Positions 1 to 7,476 of a stretch of DNA of 64,000 nucleotides are shown one piece after another. The notes below the pieces were generated by a model. It had not been told where the DNA came from, searched no databases, and saw only the letters and a list, made by a program, of their open reading frames with translations. Each line of letters opens with the position of its first letter. Position 1 is the stretch's first letter. The position numbers and the translations under genes were made by a program. This DNA comes from a virus. Lineage: Duplodnaviria; Caudoviricetes. The stretch lies in IMG/VR virus record IMGVR_UViG_3300020048_000007, positions 96,001-160,000 of that record; one strand, 5' to 3'.

Positions 1-18
1 CCAAATCTTTCGATTTGG
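1..18 (-). terminator. Hairpin downstream of the capsid gene, probably a terminator truncated by the window edge
   Basis: CCAAATC-GAAA-GATTTGG on the minus strand (GNRA loop), 45 nt after the MCP stop; the U-tract would lie outside the window. Confidence 0.4.
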
Positions 19-62
19 GTATTGTGTTCTATTATGAAGCGAATCTCATAAGAGACGATCGC

Positions 63-1649
63 TTAGAGATTACTAACGTTAATTGTCGCATAGTACAGGC
101 CACCATCTTCAATCAGCTTCTTCCCGTAGCGGCACATGATGCCCTTCGATGGGGAGTAGCTGTTGGGGTCGAGTACCGTTGGGGTGCTCAACAATGGGAT
201 GTATGGAGCGTAGAAGTAACCAGCATCCAGAACGCTTGATCCCTTGAAGCCCATCAGGATTTTGCAGTTCGGGAACAGTGGGTCCTTGTAGAGGCGCATC
301 TTGCCTTGGATTGTTCCAACGTTCATGATGCCGATGTCCACACCTTCGGTGTTCATGGCGTCTGAGGCGCGGAAGTCGTTGAGTTGCTCGAACTTCGATG
401 CGATGTCGGCGCTCATGACCATCCAGTTAGCAGGGCCACGCAGGGTGGTTCTGTGGATGATGTTGGCAACTTCGAGTGACTTGTACATCAGGGCGATGTT
501 ACGGTCGGTGAAGTTAACCGAGGCACCAGCGGCGGTGGCGAAGTTGTGATCGGCGCGGATAGCGGCAGCAATGATGAGGTCATTGATGATTTCCCGGTCG
601 ATTTCGGCAACCATTTCGTCGGCCATGAGGTCGGTCAGGGTGCTCTCAGCGTCAATGTTGTGGACTGACTTGAGGTCTTGAGCGGCTTCCAGGCTCCAGG
701 AGGTCTTCAGCTTACGGGTGATTGCGGAGACCGAATCACTGTCGATGCTGAGGGTGACTTCTGGTTGGAATGGGTTGGATTCCAGGTCGTACTCGTAGTT
801 GATGCGAGCGATCGCGCCAACTGGGAAGATGCCTGCTGTGAGGCGGATGTTTACTTCGCCGGTGGCGTGGTTGAAGCTTGAAGAGGCTTCGTTGACTGCC
901 AGATTAGCGGTGAAGCTACAGTCGCCGATGACAACCGTGTCGACTGCGCCGTCGGAGTCGAAGGTGACGCGGAGACATGGTGTTGGGTCGTTACAAGCTG
1001 GGCTTGCTCCGGCTTCGTCGGTGTAGACTTCTACGGCTACTGTACCGGCGAGTACTGGGCGGTGAGCCAGTGTTTGTTGGACGTGGTTGCGGTTCAGAAT
1101 CGTACCGGTTTCACCCACAACTTGTTGTGAGGAGTAGTATGGGTCGAGAGCCCAGCCGTTGTTACGGGCGTAACTTTGGGCTGTGTTTTGGCGCATGATC
1201 TGTGTTCCGGCTACCGTTTGTCCCTTGGAGAGGGCGTAGCGATAGCGGATGTAGAAGATGAGCGATGCTGGCTGGCTCATTGGCTGGACACCGACCAGGT
1301 TGTCGGCGATCAGCTTTGGATATGATTTGCGGATGAGGGGGAGGGCAAACCGTGTGAAGTCAGCGATGTTCGCTGTCGTGGTTTGGTCTTCCAGGATCAT
1401 GGAGCGGCGTTCTGGGTTCCAGGCGTTGAACTGGTTTTCCAGGATGCTTGCCATGAGGCCGAATTTGGCCTTAGGTACTTCTTTGCACTTGTTGAGGACT
1501 GAGGCCCATTTACCAACGAGTTGGTTTTTCTTGGACTCGTGGATGATGCTGGCCTTGTGGAGGTCCGTGGCGGCTCCAGCGATGGCTTGGCGGTTTTCGG
1601 TGAGGTGACGACGGCCTTGTGGGGCGCGTGATTGTGTTCTGGGTAGCAT
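63..1649 (-). CDS. gp23: Major capsid protein, T4 gp23-like
   Basis: Motifs LVGVQPMSQPASLIFYIRY, TRKLKTSWSLEAAQDL, EIDREII, GYFYAPYIPL, KGIMCRYG; follows protease and scaffold genes. Confidence 0.97.
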   Translation of the reverse strand: MLPRTQSRAPQGRRHLTENRQAIAGAATDLHKASIIHESKKNQLVGKWASVLNKCKEVPKAKFGLMASILENQFNAWNPERRSMILEDQTTTANIADFTRFALPLIRKSYPKLIADNLVGVQPMSQPASLIFYIRYRYALSKGQTVAGTQIMRQNTAQSYARNNGWALDPYYSSQQVVGETGTILNRNHVQQTLAHRPVLAGTVAVEVYTDEAGASPACNDPTPCLRVTFDSDGAVDTVVIGDCSFTANLAVNEASSSFNHATGEVNIRLTAGIFPVGAIARINYEYDLESNPFQPEVTLSIDSDSVSAITRKLKTSWSLEAAQDLKSVHNIDAESTLTDLMADEMVAEIDREIINDLIIAAAIRADHNFATAAGASVNFTDRNIALMYKSLEVANIIHRTTLRGPANWMVMSADIASKFEQLNDFRASDAMNTEGVDIGIMNVGTIQGKMRLYKDPLFPNCKILMGFKGSSVLDAGYFYAPYIPLLSTPTVLDPNSYSPSKGIMCRYGKKLIEDGGLYYATINVSNL

Positions 1650-1701
1650 TTACTAACTCCGTACCTGTTCAGGAAAAAGTGTGTGAAATCGGTTTCTAGT
1701 G

Positions 1702-2412
1702 TCAGACGAGGTCCGTGTCCATGTTTGCCGCGATGTCCAGGACTGTAATGTTACTGGTCGGTCGGACAGTTACGTTACTTTGTCTTGGCTTCGAAGCTGG
1801 ACGGCGCTCTTGGCTTTCGAGAAGAGTGGCGCGAGTCGTTGTCGGCTTGCTTTGACGCACGGTTGGTTCCATTCGGCGGGGTGAGCGGTTTTCTACAACC
1901 GGTCTGCTCGCGTTTTGGAACTTAGCGTTTTCTGCGACTAGGGCTCGGTTTTGCTTCAGGGCTTTTTCGGCGATAGCTGTCTTGCGATTAGCTTCGGCGA
2001 CTGCTCTGTTGCGTTCTTCTGCAAGTTGCTGAGCTCGACGGTTGGCTTTTTCCAGAGCGGCGGCGGATTGTCCATTTGCAATACCATTCAGCTGTACGCC
2101 TTCGAGCAGTGCTCGAACGCTCTTGAGCTTGGTCATTGCTTGGGATTCGCTTAATGCCGACATTTTAGCCAGCTGGGTCTCGATCGCAGCGGATTTTGTC
2201 TCACAGAAAATCTGGAGACGACGGGCTAGCTCACGCTTGTGGGCTTCCGTTTCTTCGACGCAGACCTTCTTGGTTTTTTCAACTGTGCTATTAAAATTAG
2301 CAGCAAATTGCTCTTGAAGACCTGTCTTGTATCTGTCCAAAGATTCAGCAATCGCATTTACCAATTCAGGCTTGCAACCAGACTTGGAGAGCAACTCTTT
2401 GATCTTATCCAT
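1702..2412 (-). CDS. Prohead scaffolding/core protein (gp22-like position)
   Basis: Coiled-coil, charged 236 aa immediately upstream of MCP; several LxE motifs; strong AGGAG RBS. Confidence 0.7.
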   Translation of the reverse strand: MDKIKELLSKSGCKPELVNAIAESLDRYKTGLQEQFAANFNSTVEKTKKVCVEETEAHKRELARRLQIFCETKSAAIETQLAKMSALSESQAMTKLKSVRALLEGVQLNGIANGQSAAALEKANRRAQQLAEERNRAVAEANRKTAIAEKALKQNRALVAENAKFQNASRPVVENRSPRRMEPTVRQSKPTTTRATLLESQERRPASKPRQSNVTVRPTSNITVLDIAANMDTDLV

Positions 2413-2441
2413 TATCAGCTCCTATAGGGACCAGTTTAGCT

Positions 2442-2449
2442 TATTTTTG
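2442..2449 (-). promoter_or_regulatory. Putative late promoter motif CAAAAATA
   Basis: 30-37 nt upstream of the scaffold/MCP operon; motif recurs before many structural genes. Confidence 0.55.
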
Positions 2450-2504
2450 CCGAAATCCCTAAAAATATTCATACTCGGCACAATAGTCATATAGTATTTT
2501 TTTC

Positions 2505-3434
2505 TCAATTATCATCGTCATCGTCATCGTCCTCAGCATAAGCAGCCTTCATATCCTGCAAAAGTTTACCAATCTCATCCACAGTATCAGCAACAGCATT
2601 ACGATCCTTTAACTTATCCAACATAACAGCCTTAAAAACCGCATATTCACGCCTCAACGCAGTCTTAGCAGGCTCAGAAGGCGAAATACCATACACACCA
2701 TCCAAAACACCAAGCATATCAACATACCCATCAGCCGACTCATCAGAACACCCCAAAGCCTTCTTGATAATCCTCTTCAAATTCTTTTGTAGACGGAAGA
2801 ATTTAAGTTGCTTCTCTTGTTGATAAGACTTTTTAACGACATTCTCCCGAACCTCCTTCACAAAATGCGATGCCAGACCAGACTCACCAGCCAAAATAGA
2901 ATCATAAACGCTCTTAGAAATATAATAATCAGCACGAAATGGGATATAAGCATATTTATGAAGAGCAGGCTCATCCAAAAACCGTTTCATAAACCTATCA
3001 TACACAATGTTCATATCATCAGTAAATCCAGAAAAATTCAAAAACGCCGGAGCGTCGCCGAGTCTATCAACATAATCAGTCAAGCAATTAATCATAACAC
3101 TGTAGACAAACACCTCATTCTTCAACCCAGTCTTGTCAAAATTCTCAATGCTACTAGGGTCATTACCCCAAGTCAACCCCGTCCCTACAGAGCCAGGATA
3201 CTTTTTCAAAATCGCTTTCATCACCTTAGACATTCCTAAAGGATCATTGGCTATATTAACATTATAGTAAGGACTCTTAGCCCCAAGCTTAGGATCTCTA
3301 AAAACATAATTAAATTCACCATCTTTGATAATTGGCTCTATACCCAGGCTTTTTAACTTCTGCGGATCTCGGTCAAACACTTCATTAAGAACAAGGCTTA
3401 CTTTTTCATTGAATCTCATAGCGCACCCCAACAT
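2505..3434 (-). CDS. Hypothetical protein, possible internal head protein (alternative start MRFNEKV at 3419)
   Basis: 309-aa ORF with poly-Asp C-terminus; N-terminal LNE motif like protease-processed head proteins. Confidence 0.7.
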   Translation of the reverse strand: MLGCAMRFNEKVSLVLNEVFDRDPQKLKSLGIEPIIKDGEFNYVFRDPKLGAKSPYYNVNIANDPLGMSKVMKAILKKYPGSVGTGLTWGNDPSSIENFDKTGLKNEVFVYSVMINCLTDYVDRLGDAPAFLNFSGFTDDMNIVYDRFMKRFLDEPALHKYAYIPFRADYYISKSVYDSILAGESGLASHFVKEVRENVVKKSYQQEKQLKFFRLQKNLKRIIKKALGCSDESADGYVDMLGVLDGVYGISPSEPAKTALRREYAVFKAVMLDKLKDRNAVADTVDEIGKLLQDMKAAYAEDDDDDDDN

Positions 3435-3490
3435 GGTTCAAGTATAAAATATTTTCACAATCAAACCATAACGGCGACAAGACTACATCA

Positions 3491-3589
3491 TCAGCTCTTA
3501 TAAGATGAACACTTAATAGCAAACCCAACAACAAGTATACCCACAATGAACCAACCAATCAGCTCTACTATCAGCCTGATGCACAGCAT
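3491..3589 (-). CDS. Unannotated 32-aa single-TM microprotein MLCIRLIVELIGWFIVGILVVGFAIKCSSYKS
   Basis: ATG at 3589 with GAGGGGTG RBS, TGA at 3491; fills an intergenic gap; hydrophobic core. Confidence 0.6.
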   Translation of the reverse strand: MLCIRLIVELIGWFIVGILVVGFAIKCSSYKS

Positions 3590-3611
3590 AGATCACCCCT
3601 CGCAAAGCACA

Positions 3612-4316
3612 TCAAAATGTAACGTACTTGATATTTGAAAAGCAAAACTGGTGCCTCTGCCCAGAAGTCAAATGCCCCTGCCAACCATCAGGAATATAGC
3701 AAGTCGTGTCAGCCTTACCTAAAGCAGAAGCAAGAACAGCCTGACCACTAAATGAACACACAAAATGATGACAACTATGGATAACGTCAGCATAGTGCAT
3801 CAACGAATCAACATCAACATGTCCATTAACGGAGAACTCATTATTCACAACCGTGGTAACCTTGCGCTTAAAAACAGGGCTCACTACAAGCTTACCCGGG
3901 AACTGCTCCCGAATCATCTCGTTGAATCGCAACGGTATGCTTTTAGAACCACTCACACCACTAATATCTATGACTATTATATCCTTAAGCTCATCAATAA
4001 AATTGGGCTTGTAATATAACTTGCAAAGGTCATTCTTAGGGGCAAAACCATGAGCGATCTCTTGATTAAAAACAATGTTTTTATGAGGTACTAGCCTCTT
4101 ATCATACATGCAACTACCGATATTATGCGGTTCTTTCGATATGCCTTTAACAAATGGATTTGTCCCCCACACTAGGTCGTATATCTCCGGACTCCTATAG
4201 GCATTAGCTTCTGAGACGTAAAAATCCCATCCACGATCAGCGTATAACTCCGGCAATGTGCTGTATTGAAGATTATCTCCGAGGCCACCCCAAGGCTGAA
4301 ACAAGATTTTATTCAT
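3612..4316 (-). CDS. Glycosyltransferase-like protein (GT-B, GT9/heptosyltransferase-like N-terminus)
   Basis: N-terminal ILFQPWGGLGDNLQYSTLP motif; C-terminal HFVCSFSGQAVLA resembling the GT9 DSG region. Confidence 0.6.
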   Translation of the reverse strand: MNKILFQPWGGLGDNLQYSTLPELYADRGWDFYVSEANAYRSPEIYDLVWGTNPFVKGISKEPHNIGSCMYDKRLVPHKNIVFNQEIAHGFAPKNDLCKLYYKPNFIDELKDIIVIDISGVSGSKSIPLRFNEMIREQFPGKLVVSPVFKRKVTTVVNNEFSVNGHVDVDSLMHYADVIHSCHHFVCSFSGQAVLASALGKADTTCYIPDGWQGHLTSGQRHQFCFSNIKYVTF

Positions 4317-4387
4317 ATATCCTTCTTTGGTCTTAGAGACATTCTAGTAGTATTTACATATAGCCGAACAACATAAGGAACCAAAAA

Positions 4388-5125
4388 ATGAACAATATAC
4401 CAGCTAATAAAGAGACCTGCGAAGTCTCTTTGAATATCCTAAAAAGAATGCAACCATGGGGGGTAAAAAACTCGCCATATGTTTATAACCATATAGTTCC
4501 TGCCTCTACACTAAGCCCTTGGTATAGCGATATAGAATTCATAGAAATCTATTCCAAAATAGGCATAAACTACACCCTCGTCGACCATTATAGGTGCTAT
4601 GAACTCTGGACGCTAGCAAAGCAGACCCACAAGATACCAGGTGTGATCCTTGAAGTTGGTGTATGGAGAGGAGGCTCCGGGGCTCTTCTAGCCAAAGCCG
4701 CACCCGACAAAAAAGTATACTTGGCAGATACGTTTAGTGGGGTCGTCAAGGCATCCAGTAAAGACTTAACTTATATTGGTGGAGAACATTCTGATACTTC
4801 TAGAGCGACAGTCCAGACAATACTGGACGAACTTGACATTACAAACGCGGATGTGCTAGTTGGCGTATTTCCAGACGACACTGGGCATATGATTTCAGAA
4901 AATATAGCGCTATTACATTGTGATGTAGACGTCTATGAGTCAGCAAGAGACATTACGCAATGGTGCCTGCCAAAGCTTTCAGTCGGTGGTATACTCGTAT
5001 TTGACGACTATGGGTTTGAACAATGCAATGGAATAAGCTTACTTTGTGATATGCTTAGAGAAGATGAGAATTTACTGTTTTTATATAATCTAAATGGGCA
5101 TGCGATATTTATTAAAATTAAATGA
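4388..5125 (+). CDS. TylF/MycF-family sugar O-methyltransferase
   Basis: ILEVGVWRGGS, LADTFSG, LLHCDVDVYES, LVFDDYG motifs characteristic of the TylF/NovP family. Confidence 0.88.
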   Translation: MNNIPANKETCEVSLNILKRMQPWGVKNSPYVYNHIVPASTLSPWYSDIEFIEIYSKIGINYTLVDHYRCYELWTLAKQTHKIPGVILEVGVWRGGSGALLAKAAPDKKVYLADTFSGVVKASSKDLTYIGGEHSDTSRATVQTILDELDITNADVLVGVFPDDTGHMISENIALLHCDVDVYESARDITQWCLPKLSVGGILVFDDYGFEQCNGISLLCDMLREDENLLFLYNLNGHAIFIKIK

Positions 5126-6638
5126 TGCTCTTTATAAAACATAATTTCTTACCACCATACTTTTTAATATATCCGAACTGCTCTGCATAAGCGTTCTCAG
5201 TTGTGCTAAGCCTTTTAGCCCTAGAGTATAATGTCTTCTTATGCATCACCCATCCATTCTGATCCACATACCAATAATCAGAGTCAACTTCGTGGTGCAT
5301 TTTAAAACCCAAAGACTTATAGACAGCTCCAGTATGTCCAACTGTGGTGTCACAATAGCTCACTATATTATCACAGTCCAAATGCTTAAAAGTCTTTGAC
5401 AGAAAATAACTAGCCAGATTATGCTTTTGGTAACTGGGATGAATACACAACCTTGCCAATTCTAAACTCTTACCATCGAACTGATGACCAATATTCTGAC
5501 GGACCAAGTTAGAATAAACGGCACAAGCCACTAGCTCATCACCCAAAAAAGCTCCAAAGCATTTGCCTGACCTTCCTTTCCCAATGTAGTGATAAGCATC
5601 GAGGAAGCTATTCAAGGACTTCGCTGATACATCATCAGATATTTTAAGATCCTTAAAATCGAAATCGTTCACCTTAACATCAATGCCAAACTTGGACTTC
5701 AGCCTTCCGAGTACCTTATCCTTAGCATAAAACTCATGCTCCCAGATATACATTATCTCATATTCTGGAAAATACTTCTCGATATAGGTGAATTTAGCCT
5801 TATCTCTGGCAGGTGCTCTTTCTAGTGTGTGCCAATAGTCACCCTGGCATTCAATCAATAGTCTTTTATACCTCGTAGGGACCATACAATCGAAGACATA
5901 TGGCCCTATCACTGTCTTTGGACCCTCTTTGTGATATTCAATATTCAAATCATCTAGAAACTTGTAGAGTAACCTCTGAATATTACTCTCTCTAGGCTGA
6001 TTAGCCCTAGCAACAGCCATTTTGGACTTCACATCTTCAGTATATCCTGATGATTGCTTAGCTCTGTAGCCATCATTATTCCATAAAACTTTGCTCTGTC
6101 TACTCTTTAATTCAGAATAGTCTTCTCTTTGCCAAGCCAATTTTACTGATTCTGATAGCATCTTAATTCTCTGTGTATCAGACCATATCTTCTGTGATAT
6201 TTCCGATCTTCTGTCTTTGGATAACTCCTTTTTAGCAGCCATTTGGTCCCTATAACTGCTATCGGCCCATCTCTCTTTAGCTAATTCTGATAATTTCTTT
6301 TTACCCTCTTCGGATGGAGTATTGTGAACAATGATGAATTTTCCGTCCTTATGCCCCTGAACCATAGCACAATGATGGCATCTCCAATCTTTAAACCTTC
6401 CAGCCCTAAATAGCTGCTCCTGTGTCTTTCCACAATCAATACAAGTGTAGGTGACAATTTCGTTAGTCTTCATCTCATGCTTCTGCTTAACACATGACAT
6501 GCATATATGCTCTGGCTTTCTTTTAGCCACTTGATATAGCTGGCTTCTAGGCTTATTGCATTTTTCGCAGACGACAATAATTTTGTCTTTATTTTTCGCT
6601 ATTTCTGGCGATGATTTTGAAAGCTGCCAGTCTATCAT
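5118..6638 (-). mobile_element. Free-standing Hef-like endonuclease: Zn-finger repeats + Vsr/DUF559 nuclease + Mom-like GNAT domain
   Basis: CxxC pairs; VFDCMV..LLIECQGDYWH (Vsr-like); FLDAYHY..ELARLC..SYCDTTVGHTGAVYKSLGF..YWY (Mom-like); ATG at 6638 with AGGAG RBS. Confidence 0.75.
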
Positions 6639-6644
6639 ATTGGT

Positions 6645-6674
6645 GCTCCTTATAATATTTATAATACAAGGAGC
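6645..6674 (-). promoter_or_regulatory. RBS-sequestering hairpin containing TATAAATA late-promoter box
   Basis: Minus strand GCTCCTTGTAT-TATAAATA-TTATAAGGAGC: 10-bp stem (one G-U) buries AAGGAG; TATAAATA at 6656-6663. Confidence 0.65.
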
Positions 6675-6695
6675 TGCCAAGCTACGGATTATATG

Positions 6696-6724
6696 AAAAA
6701 GGCCAACAGTTTCCTGTTGGCCTT
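6696..6724 (-). terminator. Rho-independent terminator after prohead protease
   Basis: GGCCAACAG-GAAA-CTGTTGGCC followed by TTTTT on the minus strand. Confidence 0.85.
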
Positions 6725-6753
6725 GGGCCTAGGATAAAACCCTAGGGGAGGAA

Positions 6754-7476
6754 TTATTTAACACCAAAATACTTGTTGATCTCTTTAACAAGCATGTCCT
6801 GGTATACTTCTGGTCTAAACATCGCCTTCTTCTCTTGAATAGGACGCACTCTTTTTTGCAGTCCTTCTGAGATGTTTAGAATAGCGCCAGTTACTGATGG
6901 TTCAGCGACAACATCCCACGTCACGAAAGAATACCCTGGCAGCACTCTGTAGATCTCTTTGCCATTGTGTTCGACAATTTCCATGTCGCCCACGCCGCGA
7001 GAGGAGATCCCGACTTGGATTTTGTGCTCAAACAGGCCCCGTAGGCATGCCCCCAGTGGTAGTTTGTGCAGCACTTCTGCCTCACCGTATACCTTTTTGC
7101 CTTCCATCCAGATTTTAGTCATGAGGTGACTAATGCGATCTAGGTGGATTTTGGCGTCTGCTGGGTGGTCGTATTCGCCCATCACTGATCTTCTTGAGAT
7201 ATCCTCTTGGATGTCTCTTACAGCTGGGCCTAGCACATCGTTAGAGCTGTATACTCTACCGTTGGCATTTTCGTTATCGCCCATTTGGATGAGCCCGGTG
7301 ATTTTCATCACTTGGTGCTCACGTCCATTTGAGTCTTCTGCCATCACTTTTTTCTGGTCAAGCACTTGGAATGGGTAAGTGTCTTGCATCAGGGAGTAAC
7401 CAGCAGGAATCATGCCGGTTTCGGCTATCAGCCGCCGATCAATTGATCGGCGGTTTGCGTTTCTTGAGCGGATCAT
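6754..7476 (-). CDS. gp21: Prohead core protease, T4 gp21-like
   Basis: NANGRVYS, MGEYDHP, IHLDRISH, GISSRGVG, FVTWDVVAEPSVTGA motifs. Confidence 0.95.
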   Translation of the reverse strand: MIRSRNANRRSIDRRLIAETGMIPAGYSLMQDTYPFQVLDQKKVMAEDSNGREHQVMKITGLIQMGDNENANGRVYSSNDVLGPAVRDIQEDISRRSVMGEYDHPADAKIHLDRISHLMTKIWMEGKKVYGEAEVLHKLPLGACLRGLFEHKIQVGISSRGVGDMEIVEHNGKEIYRVLPGYSFVTWDVVAEPSVTGAILNISEGLQKRVRPIQEKKAMFRPEVYQDMLVKEINKYFGVK

